This document shows, piece by piece, positions 49,234 to 60,100 of a stretch of 64,000 nt of DNA. The notes under the pieces are model-generated. The model did no database searches and was not told where the DNA came from. It worked only from the letters and a program-made list of their open reading frames with translations. Position 1 is the stretch's first letter, and each line of letters begins with the position of its first letter. A program made the translations under genes and the position numbers. Source of the DNA: Candidatus Heimdallarchaeota archaeon. Its GTDB lineage: Archaea > Asgardarchaeota > Heimdallarchaeia > Hodarchaeales > Hodarchaeaceae. The stretch spans positions 633,722-697,721 of the forward strand of contig CP070695.1 of NCBI GenBank assembly GCA_020353515.1, written 5' to 3'.

Positions 49234-50505
49234 ATGAGGATGATCATGGTTCAGATACCTGCAAATCAAGAACTCTGTCTTCGGTGCAAAGCAGGTAAAT
49301 TTCTATGTGGTCTTCATTACTGTCCAATCATCCTCAAAACGAAAGCTTTGTTGCCTGTTAGGAGGATGTTGCCCAAATTAAAAAGTAGGAAGGAATATTA
49401 TGGTCCTAGTCCTCCCAGTTTATTTGTCGGAAGGTTTGGCTATCCAAATGTTAGATTAGGTCCTATGGCGGCATTAAACTGGGAAGGAATTCATTTGATA
49501 GATGAACCTGATCTTTGGAAGACAAATATGACATTGGAAGACGTTGTGAATCTTCGAGCTCAAATGTTTCGATTTATGGCTGAACCAGTGAAAGTTACGG
49601 ATGTGACATCTTCAACCAAAATCCTAGAAATCACACAGGAACAAATCCAATCTTCCTCACCAGTTGACTTGGAAGTAAAGTTCTCTAAGAAACCTAGGTT
49701 AAACTTAAATTTCAATCAATTTACCCAACCAATGGGTACTCGCATTAGAATAGACTCCATCCAATTGACTACCACACCTAAGATCGATCACCAGGTAGAT
49801 CGTGTTGTAAGCGATTCTGATCTGAATGCTGTCTCAGCAGTTACAAAACTATACACAACGGAAGCTACAGTTACTCAAATTTCAAGAATACTATCTGCTG
49901 GCTTGTTAGGTTTGACTAGAAGTCGGAAATTGGTTCCAACAAGATGGAGTATCACAGCTGTTGACGATATGACTGGAAATTATCTCAGGAGGAAAATTCA
50001 AGATTATCCTGAGATCATGGATTATTTGGTTTTTCATAACTCCTATTTGGATAACGATTTCTGGGTTCTATTTATTCCTGGACGTGAATGGCATTTTGAT
50101 TATCATGAGGCTTGGAAACAAAAAAGTGCTTGGAATTTAACTGGATCTGCTCCATATATCGCAACAGATACAGAAGGTCCTAAAGGACGAACATCCTATG
50201 CAACCAATACCGTCGGAGGGTACTATGCAGCAAGATTAGCAGTACTGGAGAAATTGTTTCAGCTAAGACGAAAAGCTGCAGTTATTGCTTTTAGAGAAGT
50301 GGGAAAAGGGTATGCGATTCCATTAGGCGTTTGGGCAGTTCGCGAAAACATGCGACAGGCACTTAGAAACCCAAGTAAAAAATTTCCTAGCTTAGATGCG
50401 GCATTAACATTCATTCATTCCCAACTGACGATACCTATGAAATATTATCACCAAAAAAGCCCATTACTTAAGCAAAAAACATTGGATGTATTCTTCAAGA
50501 AATAA
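49234..50505 (+). CDS. nreA: Nre-family DNA repair protein
   Basis: CLRCKAGKFLCGLHYCPI, PPSLFVGRFGYP, RKLVPTRWSITAVDD, GGYYAARL, GVWAVRE, C-terminal PIP box QKTLDVFF. Confidence 0.93.
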   Translation: MRMIMVQIPANQELCLRCKAGKFLCGLHYCPIILKTKALLPVRRMLPKLKSRKEYYGPSPPSLFVGRFGYPNVRLGPMAALNWEGIHLIDEPDLWKTNMTLEDVVNLRAQMFRFMAEPVKVTDVTSSTKILEITQEQIQSSSPVDLEVKFSKKPRLNLNFNQFTQPMGTRIRIDSIQLTTTPKIDHQVDRVVSDSDLNAVSAVTKLYTTEATVTQISRILSAGLLGLTRSRKLVPTRWSITAVDDMTGNYLRRKIQDYPEIMDYLVFHNSYLDNDFWVLFIPGREWHFDYHEAWKQKSAWNLTGSAPYIATDTEGPKGRTSYATNTVGGYYAARLAVLEKLFQLRRKAAVIAFREVGKGYAIPLGVWAVRENMRQALRNPSKKFPSLDAALTFIHSQLTIPMKYYHQKSPLLKQKTLDVFFKK

Positions 50506-50861
50506 TTTCTAAAGATTAAGTATTTTTAAAGAGTACAGAAGAAATTTTTGTGAAAAAAAGAAGGGAGGATCATGAGATGGTGAAAAAATGCCCCCAACTC
50601 TTAATCCCTGATTTATACTTCATTTTATTTTTAATCACACTATTTTTTTATTAAAAGCACCCCAATTTTCCGATTGAATACATTCCATCAATTTAATCAG
50701 TTGTTGTGATTAATTTTTCACCAATTTATTCTACTGGTACTAATTTATAATATAATTAAGACACTTCTATTGACCACTAAAAATAAGAAGAATTACTTAT
50801 TATTGTATAGAGAAATTTAAATATGATGACATTGAAGTAGGTACCATTGGTGTAAATTCCC

Positions 50862-51218
50862 GTGAGTTATTATGAATCTCTTTCTGCAGCCATCACTCGA
50901 TATTATGTATTCAGCGGTCTTTTTCGAGAGGGTGATGAACAAATGACTTTTGAAATTGCTGATGCGAATTTGATTGAGGTGGGTCAGACTGTGGAGAAAG
51001 AATTCGCAGGAAGCGCTCGAGCTTTCTTTATTGAACTAGATAACTTCGATAACGAGACATATCAATGTGAAATTATCATTGGTTTTACAATTTGGCCGTA
51101 TGAAGATGATGAAAACGAAGAAAAACTCATATTAGATAGTGTACGAGAGGAGCTTGAGAAAGTTGGCTTTGTAGAAGATGACGCATATTATTTGGGGGAT
51201 GGACCTGATAGACGATAA
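50862..51218 (+). CDS. Hypothetical acidic protein
   Basis: 118-aa ORF with a GGTG SD; no recognised motif. Confidence 0.6.
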   Translation: MSYYESLSAAITRYYVFSGLFREGDEQMTFEIADANLIEVGQTVEKEFAGSARAFFIELDNFDNETYQCEIIIGFTIWPYEDDENEEKLILDSVREELEKVGFVEDDAYYLGDGPDRR

Positions 51219-51251
51219 TATTTCTTGTGATTATCCCTCAAAATAGACTCC

Positions 51252-52205
51252 TTACATATCTATATGATGGTAATATTTGATCTTTTTTCCATAAATTTGT
51301 TGAAATGTCATATGAACGGTTTGAGGCGGAATCAAACCCGCTTCAGTAATGTAAGCCGAGATATTGTATCTATCAATTGTTTCAAAAGCAGGATTCAGGA
51401 TTCTAATCCCTGGGGGAACATCTTCGTCCCAGATTTCAAATGGAGCTCGCATTTCGATTTCACTAAGACGGCCAATGCTTGTAGCTTGATCATATTTTAA
51501 GAGAGAAGTACAAATATACATTGGAATATGTTCTTCTTCCGCTGCTAACGCACAAAGACGGGAACCAATTTTGTTTAGGGCTACTCCTTCGACAGTTATC
51601 GCATCTGCTCCTAAAAATATCATGTGAGGATTGAAAATGTTCATTGCCCATCGCATTGCCGAGTCTACAATATGTGTTACTCGAATATTATTATTTATCA
51701 GCCTCTTGGCTGTTTTCCTGCCTTGAAAGAGAGGTCTTGTTTCTGTAGAAATAACCTCGAAATCTTTACCTTGTTTAGCAGCTTCAAGAAAGATCCCTAC
51801 AGTGATAGAGGAATGGCAGTGAGTGAATACTCTTGAGCCATCTTGAATCCTTTCAGCGCCAGTTTTGAAGATTTTCAATTTAGCATCATTTATAAGGTCA
51901 ATATATCTATTTCCATGATCCACAGCAGACTCATTTCCATCAATTTGGATACCTGTCATTACATATCGTAATCCGTTTCTTAATGCTGGTTCTGTAACCC
52001 TTACCCTACTGAGTTGATCAACAACGGCCTCTAAATGATTAAATAATTCTTTTTCTTTTAATGGAACAGTCTTTGCATGATTTGCAAAAGCACGAACCCC
52101 AAAAATGGCAACATTTGTAGCACCTTGAATTGATAGATTTTTAATTTTCTTCATTGTACTTTTTAGCTTGCGATACTCTGGGGTTTCTGCAAAATTGATT
52201 TTCAC
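51252..52205 (-). CDS. Ribose-1,5-bisphosphate isomerase (eIF2B alpha/beta/delta family)
   Basis: IQGA, TEPALRN, THCHSS, ETRP.FQG, GADA, NKIGS, NPAF. Confidence 0.88.
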   Translation of the reverse strand: MKINFAETPEYRKLKSTMKKIKNLSIQGATNVAIFGVRAFANHAKTVPLKEKELFNHLEAVVDQLSRVRVTEPALRNGLRYVMTGIQIDGNESAVDHGNRYIDLINDAKLKIFKTGAERIQDGSRVFTHCHSSITVGIFLEAAKQGKDFEVISTETRPLFQGRKTAKRLINNNIRVTHIVDSAMRWAMNIFNPHMIFLGADAITVEGVALNKIGSRLCALAAEEEHIPMYICTSLLKYDQATSIGRLSEIEMRAPFEIWDEDVPPGIRILNPAFETIDRYNISAYITEAGLIPPQTVHMTFQQIYGKKIKYYHHIDM

Positions 52206-52610
52206 AAGAAATACTCTCCTAGAAAAATAACTAACAGATTGGGATACTTTTTTGACTTTACTTAATATTTCTATTATAACCTCAAAACGTAATTTTGATT
52301 CTTCTACTCTAGCCCAAGGAACACAAAAGAAAATAAGGGCAATTATATTAAAGATCTTGAAATTTATTACCTTAGATTAAGGATTTCAGAGGTACTTATT
52401 TAGAATACAGTTGAAAAAGTATCTTTCATCCAAATTATTACGACAATAAGCTAAATTATTCTTTTTTTAATATAAGATGTTCTATAGAATTATTTTTCAG
52501 AAAATTAAAAGCTGGATTTGTAAAAATTTATGAGTGTAGGTTAAAAAATTGTACACAACATACTTATTTATTTGAATTAAGAACAATGACTGATCTAAAC
52601 TAATCGGTGG

Positions 52611-53561
52611 TTGTCAGTGTCAAGTATATTGCGAAGAATATTCAAAGGCAAGACAGTCGAGAAATATGAAATAACTATTGTAGGCCTCGACGGCGCTGGA
52701 AAAACCACAATTGTGAATCGGTTATTACGCTCTGAATTTGTTCCTACAACACGAACTCTGGGTGTTAACTACCGAACTGTGAAATATCGGCAGATTGAGT
52801 TCAACTTAGTTGATTTAGGTGGACAAGAAATTTATCGGAACCTTCTCTGGTATGATTCTTTAGAAAAGGCTTCAGCTATCGTTTTTGTGTTGGATAGTGC
52901 GGATCTTCGTCTTACAGAAGCATCGAACGCGTTTTGGGACTCAATCCAACGAAATGAGAAAGTACCTGTCCTTTTTATTGCTAATAAAATAGACCTGCCA
53001 GGTGCTAGAGCATTTGACCTCATCGTCCAGGATCTTGATTTACCACGAGCACAAAGATCTGCGAGGCCAGTGGGCCTCTTTCGAATCTCTGCAAAAACTG
53101 GAGAGAACTTCTACGACGCGTTTGATTGGGTAGCCGATGTTCTCACAGGAGAAGAATCCACATTTAAATGTAAAGTACGTGTTGTGATTTTAATAAATCT
53201 CGAGTCTCACCAGATATATACAACTAAGTTTACAAACATAGACCGCTCTATTCTGGATCAATTAAATATGGGTATTAGTGAAACTGTAAAAGAGTTATCT
53301 AAGAACCTAACTGGGATGGAAGTAATTACTGCGTCTGATCTCCAGCTCACTATTGTGAAAAACCATCCTTTAGTGATTGGGCTTATAATTGGTTACTCAG
53401 ATTCTGTCGTACGGGCTAAACTCATTGCTGAAAGATTATTGAAAACAGCTTCAGCGTCAATTGAAATTGATCAATTTGATTCACGTGTTTTACTAAAATT
53501 AATGAAGAAACAGTGGCCCCTAGACATCTATAAACCAAAAATCCAATTTGAAATTGATTAG
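52611..53561 (+). CDS. Arf-like small GTPase with C-terminal longin/roadblock-like domain
   Basis: GLDGAGKT, TRTLGVN, DLGGQ..YR, FVLDSAD, NKID, ISAKTG; ~130-aa extra C-terminal alpha/beta domain. Confidence 0.88.
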   Translation: MSVSSILRRIFKGKTVEKYEITIVGLDGAGKTTIVNRLLRSEFVPTTRTLGVNYRTVKYRQIEFNLVDLGGQEIYRNLLWYDSLEKASAIVFVLDSADLRLTEASNAFWDSIQRNEKVPVLFIANKIDLPGARAFDLIVQDLDLPRAQRSARPVGLFRISAKTGENFYDAFDWVADVLTGEESTFKCKVRVVILINLESHQIYTTKFTNIDRSILDQLNMGISETVKELSKNLTGMEVITASDLQLTIVKNHPLVIGLIIGYSDSVVRAKLIAERLLKTASASIEIDQFDSRVLLKLMKKQWPLDIYKPKIQFEID

Positions 53562-53573
53562 AAGTAAAAATTA

Positions 53574-55880
53574 CTAAAGATAATCTTTTAATCCTAAAAT
53601 ATCTTTTTTTCCGATTTCTGATTTACCTAAAAGCTTACGTTCTAACTCTATAAACTCTTTAATGATTCTATCATTGATACTAGGATGAACAGCTTTTTTA
53701 GCTTCATGAAAATGACGGAGTTCAATTAAATCTGCGTTTAAGTCTTCACGGAGAGCAATCATTACTGCTTCGCGGCATATTGCCGCGATATCAGCACCTA
53801 CATAACCTTCTAAGTCACTTGCGAGTTGAGAAAGATCTACATCAGTTCCTAACTTCATTCCATTTGTATGAATCTTTAGAATCTTTTTCCGAGATTCCAT
53901 ATCTGGTGGTTTCACTAGAAGTAGCCGATCAAATCTTCCTGGTCGGAGAAGGGCTGGGTCAATCATATCGGGCCGATTACTTGCCCCTAAGACCATAACA
54001 TCACGAAGACTCTCTAAGCCGTCTAGCAATGATAATATTTGGTTCACTACGCTTTCCGTGACATGACTTCCACCTGCAAAAGCCCCTCGACGGGGAGCGA
54101 TAGCGTCAAGCTCATCCAGAAATATAATAGAAGGGGAAGCTTGTTTAGCTTTTCTAAAAACTTCCCGAACAGCTTTCTCACTCTCACCAACCCACTTTGA
54201 TAATAATTCAGGCCCTCTAATGGCTATGAAATTTGCTTGGCTTTCAGTGGCAACTGCTTTAGCTAAAAGGGTTTTTCCAGTACCAGGGGGTCCATAAAGA
54301 AGAATACCATGAGGAGGTGTGACACCATGACGTTGAAAAATCTCAGGATGAACTATAGGCCACTCTACAGCCTCAATAAGTTGTTGTTTTACTGTTTCTA
54401 GGCCACCAATGTCATCCCAATGAATATTTGGAATTTCAAGGAGTACTTCTCGCATTGCTGATGGTTCTGTTATCTTGAGTGCTTCATCAAAATTCTCTTT
54501 AGACACAACTAGTTTTGAAAGAATCTCGGGCGTAAGAGGCTTGTCAAAATCTATTCTAGGTAAGACCTTTCGGAGAGTATGCATTGCAGCCTCTTTTGTA
54601 AGAGCAGCAATATCTGCTCCAACAAATCCGTGAGTTTTTGCTGCGTATTCATTTAGATCGACATCATCTGCTAAAGGCATCCCTCTAGTGTGAACTAATA
54701 GCACCTCATAACGACCATTTTTATCAGGAACCCCAATTTCAATTTCCCTATCAAATCGGCCAGGTCTACGTAAAGCGGGATCAAGAGCATTAGGTCGATT
54801 CGTCGCTCCGATTACTATTACTTTACCACGGCTCTTTAATCCATCCATTAATGCGAGAAGTTGGGCTACAACACGTCTTTCAACCTCTCCAGTCACCTCC
54901 TCACGTTTTACAGCGATAGAATCCAACTCATCAATAAAAATAATGCTAGGTGCCTCTTTTTCCGCATTTTGGAAAATTTCACGAATACGCTGTTCGCTCT
55001 CTCCATAGAATTTTGACATAATTTCTGGTCCAGCTATTGAAACAAAATTGACACCAGATTCATTTGCAACAGCTTTTGCAAGTAAGGTTTTTCCTGTTCC
55101 AGGAGGACCATGTAATAATACACCTTTAGGGGGGTCAATCCCTAAACGCTCAAAGAGTTGGGGGTGTTTCATTGGAAGTTCTATCATCTCCCTAACTCTT
55201 TTAATTTCTTCTGACAGCCCACCAATATCCTCATAGGTCACACGTGGCATCATTCGAAGATCTTTAGGTGCTTCCTCTACAATTTTAACTTCCGTTGTAT
55301 CACCTACAGTTACAATGCCATCAGGATCCGTTGCTACAACCACAACCTTAATTTCACCTAAAGAAACAGGACTCGTTGCACCAAAAAAACGAGATATAAA
55401 ATCATCCATTCCTGTTCCTGTAGTACCTCCTCCAGAGGGAGGAATCTTACGAATTTGCCCTGTAATAACTAGTAAATCTCCACGGGAAACAGGATGGTTT
55501 TGTAAACGTTCACGTATGATCTCTGATCTTACTAAAAGGCGAATTCTTTCTTCTGCAGGAGCAATCGTGATGCGTTTTGCTTCCCGTTTTTTAATTTTCC
55601 TGATTCGAACTGTTTCACCTAAGCTTGTTCCCACATTACCGCGAATCAACCCATCCATTCGAATGATATTTTTCCCCCGATCTTCTCTTCTTCCAGGTAT
55701 GACTAAAGCACCTGTTTTTTTTCCTCCTGCCCTCTCACTGGCGATTTCCACAATATCACCAGTTTCTAATCCATTCTCCCGCATGATAGAGTAATCAACT
55801 CTAACTAATCCTCGGCCAACATCACCTTGATTGGCTTCAACTACTTTTAAAAGTAGGTCCTTCTCATTATCATCTGTCAT
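53574..55880 (-). CDS. cdc48: CDC48/VCP-family AAA+ ATPase
   Basis: N-domain, two AAA modules (GPPGTGKT twice, DELD, RPGRFDR). Confidence 0.97.
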   Translation of the reverse strand: MTDDNEKDLLLKVVEANQGDVGRGLVRVDYSIMRENGLETGDIVEIASERAGGKKTGALVIPGRREDRGKNIIRMDGLIRGNVGTSLGETVRIRKIKKREAKRITIAPAEERIRLLVRSEIIRERLQNHPVSRGDLLVITGQIRKIPPSGGGTTGTGMDDFISRFFGATSPVSLGEIKVVVVATDPDGIVTVGDTTEVKIVEEAPKDLRMMPRVTYEDIGGLSEEIKRVREMIELPMKHPQLFERLGIDPPKGVLLHGPPGTGKTLLAKAVANESGVNFVSIAGPEIMSKFYGESEQRIREIFQNAEKEAPSIIFIDELDSIAVKREEVTGEVERRVVAQLLALMDGLKSRGKVIVIGATNRPNALDPALRRPGRFDREIEIGVPDKNGRYEVLLVHTRGMPLADDVDLNEYAAKTHGFVGADIAALTKEAAMHTLRKVLPRIDFDKPLTPEILSKLVVSKENFDEALKITEPSAMREVLLEIPNIHWDDIGGLETVKQQLIEAVEWPIVHPEIFQRHGVTPPHGILLYGPPGTGKTLLAKAVATESQANFIAIRGPELLSKWVGESEKAVREVFRKAKQASPSIIFLDELDAIAPRRGAFAGGSHVTESVVNQILSLLDGLESLRDVMVLGASNRPDMIDPALLRPGRFDRLLLVKPPDMESRKKILKIHTNGMKLGTDVDLSQLASDLEGYVGADIAAICREAVMIALREDLNADLIELRHFHEAKKAVHPSINDRIIKEFIELERKLLGKSEIGKKDILGLKDYL

Positions 55881-55947
55881 TTGGCAAACAATTCCCTAAT
55901 GCCATTTTTCTTCAATTTATTCCTAGTTCGAAAGAATTATAATTATT

Positions 55948-56769
55948 TCACCTGTCATTACCTGTTGAATTAATCAATTTATGAAGGTATGCTTTTGCGG
56001 CAAGGACTTCTTTCTTAGAAACCTCCTCTGAGCTAGCTGATTTAGAAATGATCAGGTGTATTTTTTTTTCTTCCTGATACGCTTCTGGAAGTGATTTTAT
56101 CCACACATCATATTTTTGACGTACTTGTGCTAAGAATGGAGCAAGTAACGATTCATCTGTGAAATGTGTGATAAATTCTGTTTCATAATAACCAATTTTT
56201 TTTTCTTTTTTTAAAACAGAGATTTTTGACTCAACCGCTTTATACATTTCCTTCATCTCACGGGGAACTCCAGGAAGACAGAAAATCCATGTGTTTGATG
56301 GACTATAGATAAAAAAGATACCAGGAGCAGTTCCCACTGGATTATTAATAGCTTGAGATCCAACAGGCAAAATTGCCATTTTTTTACGTGCTGAAGTAAT
56401 CTCAGCAGTATCTACTAAGTTTTTATTAAATAGGTCTTTATAACGCTCGGTAACTATTGATAAAGCCTCCATATTAAGTTCAGTATCCACATCTAATGCC
56501 TTAGCTAAGAAATTTGAAGTCGAATCATCCCAAGTAGGGCCTAATCCTCCTGTTATCAGAATAAGTCTATAGTCACCTGAAGAAAGAAGAAGAGAAATCT
56601 CTTGTGGGACTATTACTGGATCATCAGGAATAGTCAAGATTTTTTGAACAACAAAGCCGAAATTTGTGAGTCTTTTTGCAAGGAAGTTAGCGTTTGTGTT
56701 AATAGTTTTACCTGACAACAACTCATTACCAATAGATATCAAGCAAACTCTCATTTTTAAAAGCCTCAA
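55948..56769 (-). CDS. CinA-like molybdopterin-binding domain protein (start probably 56754)
   Basis: IGNELLSGKTINTN, TGGLGPTWDD, NPVGTAPG, LPGVPREM. Confidence 0.9.
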   Translation of the reverse strand: MRLLKMRVCLISIGNELLSGKTINTNANFLAKRLTNFGFVVQKILTIPDDPVIVPQEISLLLSSGDYRLILITGGLGPTWDDSTSNFLAKALDVDTELNMEALSIVTERYKDLFNKNLVDTAEITSARKKMAILPVGSQAINNPVGTAPGIFFIYSPSNTWIFCLPGVPREMKEMYKAVESKISVLKKEKKIGYYETEFITHFTDESLLAPFLAQVRQKYDVWIKSLPEAYQEEKKIHLIISKSASSEEVSKKEVLAAKAYLHKLINSTGNDR

Positions 56770-57126
56770 AAAACATAAATCTATTGATTTAACTACTGCA
56801 TGGACATTTCTTTCATCAAAACACTTGAATAAAAGAGATTGTCCTTAATTCTAATATATAAAAATCCTTGAAAATCTTTTCTGTGTTCAATATGTTTAGT
56901 AGAAATACATTGGATTTTCTATGAATTATGAAGCAAAGTACCAATATTAAAGAGTTCATTCAACATTCAAAGGTTTGATTTATTTGATCTGATTTGATTA
57001 ATTTAAAAAAGGGGAAAATTATCGTGAACTAAAGCTTATCATTGTAATACACATATATAACTGAAACATATAAAGAACATACTCTGTAACTAATGACGAA
57101 AAAGGACTCCACCTCACTATCAAAGG

Positions 57127-60100
57127 ATGCTTGTTAATATGGCCTCGGAAGGAAAACTTCTGGTTTCGAAGGAAGTTCTTCATAAAATTAGAGATTTAGT
57201 GACTGAACTACGCTCAATTGACCCTACAGTGCAAGTCGTCTCCGCTTTAAATGAAGCTCAAAAATTAGTGATAGAAATTGAAAAATTAGAGATAGCTTTA
57301 CCTAAAGCTGGATTTTTTAAAAAGAGGGGAATTAGAAAAACTCTTACTCAGGATAGAGAAAAGTACAATAAGCTTACCGAGGAGTTACTTAACGCTCTTT
57401 TAGTTGGATTTCGTAAGATTTACTTTGATCTAGCAAACAACATCAAAGAAATAGCTAAGTTTATCCCCCAAGAAACGGAGACTATACGGAAACTACAGAT
57501 CCCGAGTTTTGATGTGAACGAAATTCTGAGGTTTAGTTCGAATGTTCTGAGAACATATAATCAGATTTCCGAGGTTCTACGAGGAAAAAATGTTTCAATC
57601 TTATTATTTAATCGTGAAATAATCGAGCTATATGGAAAATTTGTCAATTTTGATGAAGAAAAGGTTCGGGCAACTAATCAAACAACAAAAACTAGTATCC
57701 ATGTGATGACAATTCCAGATTTACTTGAAGTTTATAGTATGCTGGAAGCTGAAAATGCGTATCTAAAACAACGAAGGAAGGGTACAGAGGGTAAAATTCA
57801 ACTGGCAATTGTTCAAATGTCCTCTGAGCTGCAACAGCATATTGATACTGTTGCATCAATTGGTTTAGATCTTTGGAGCAAAATTGATATATTGAAAGAG
57901 GAAGTCCAAGATATTCAAACCAATGCGGACAGAACTACCTCAGTAGAAACTCTCATCTCATTAGAAAAGCGGTTAAATTCTCTAAGTAATGAATTCATCA
58001 ACATGTTACGAACCTATGAGATATCCCTTAAGACAGAAACAGAGGATCAAATTGGACGCATAATACAAATTTTTGGAAAAGAAGGATTAGAATCAGCTTT
58101 TTCCCCAGTTCCAGAAACAGATATTTCATCTACTAGTATCCCAACCATAATCCAAGATATCGAAAAAATACGTTCTTGGCGCCAACAACAGATTATTGCT
58201 ACAAAGAAAATCCTAAGTACGTCAGAGTTAGTTAATTCATCTAAAGCTATACGTGCGATGAAGATACCAGTTCCTCAAGATTTTGTGAAGAATGTACGTA
58301 CGATTGAGAAAGAAGCAGCAAAAACAAGCGATCTACAAGAGTGGGTAGAATTAGCAAAGCGTTATTATGACTTGAAATCATCTCTAGCTGAAGAATGTCA
58401 AAACTATTTCTTTAGGCTACTTGAAAATCCACATATTCAAGAGGTCATTAACTTAAGTGAAGGGCCTCAAATTCCAACCATTCGCGATTTTGAAGCTCTC
58501 AGTCCCAGTGAATTGAGTACTAAAGCTCGTGAAATAAAAGATTGGGAGACCCGTTTGGTTGCATATTTCTCAAAGCCAGCTCAACAAAGTCTTAGACAAA
58601 ATTTGTTAAATCTATATGATTCCCGTGAAAGTTTACGAGACATCTTATCTGAAGACCTAAAAACTCAAATCGATTATCAAAGAAAGCAGAAAATTGCCGA
58701 AGAAATTGATATACGCGATTTAGTTCATGAGATTGAAGGTCTACATAGACTTAATTCAAATATAAAAACTGAACTTTGGAACAAAATAGACAATGAAATA
58801 CATCCTATTTACAATCAACTAACTAATCTCGAAACAATTCCCCCAAAACTAAAGGTACATGTCCCAATTCTAGCAATAGACGATTTAAAATCCTTCCGAG
58901 AAGAGGTTGGTGAGGCAGCTCAAAAAAGTACTCAGGAGCTCTTAGATGAGTACGAAAAAATTCCCCTCTGGAAATATAAGATTTCATCACGGATTCGTGA
59001 AAATTTGAAATCAATACCCTTTCCACTAATTCCTGTAGAGACACGTTTCGATTTGAGGGAAAAGCGTAACCAAATTGTGGAACTTATTGATGAATATTCA
59101 GAATTAGGAAATATAGAGGCTGTAATTAAAGAATATATCTCCTTTTTAGAAACGATTGAAGAGAATAAGAAAGAAATTCTTATCGAATTGAAAAAACAAA
59201 TCGGAAATCTAGAAGGAGTCGATAGAAGATTATTTAGATTACTAAAATCTCGAAAGACCAGTTTAATTTATTCTACTGATAAAGAAATCGATGGACTTGA
59301 TTATTCCGAAGCTCTAACAGAATTTTGGCAATTATCAGCTTTTATCGATCGGAAAGCATCTACATTAGCAGAACAAATGGAACGTGAAATTTCCTCTCAT
59401 ATTCAGGACTATTCAAAGCTTCCTATTCAGTATGCAGGTTTTTTTGATGAAACTTTGGATCTTATGAAAGAAAAGATGGATGAAATCAAAACTCATAAAG
59501 ATATTGTTCGTTTAGTCAATGTTTTTGAGAGTTACAGCTTGGAAAGCTTACAGATGTCAAAAGATTCCTTAGCTAAACTTCATCAGAATCTCTATAACTG
59601 GTTAAGAGTTAGTCTTCCGAGGATAAACGAAATAACACCTCTTGATGATACTATTTTTAGCGCAGAGAAGAAAGTTGCCGATTTTGAGGCTGAAGAAGTC
59701 TCTCATGAACGATTAGCTCATAAATTAAGACAGCTGATTTTCCTCTATGATACAGAAATATTATCTGTCTTGCTGACACATGGAGTACAAGAATCACGAA
59801 GGGTTCTGAAAAATGTTAATGATTTGAAAGAAGTCGGTATCAATATCATTGAGTTTGTTGGAGGGTATATTGAAAATTTTAGTCAAATAATTGTCAAAAA
59901 CCAAGAAGATGTTCAATTACGAGAAATCACAGATGTTTTTGTCGAGATTGATAATTTACAGACTGATCCCAAAGCTTGTCGCGAAATTCGTTCAATGGGA
60001 AAACGATATATTACTGAAATTCAAGATTCCGTTGAATATCTATTTAATCATTATCAAATTGATTTACGTCAGGATGAACGGGTTGATCTTGCATACCTAA

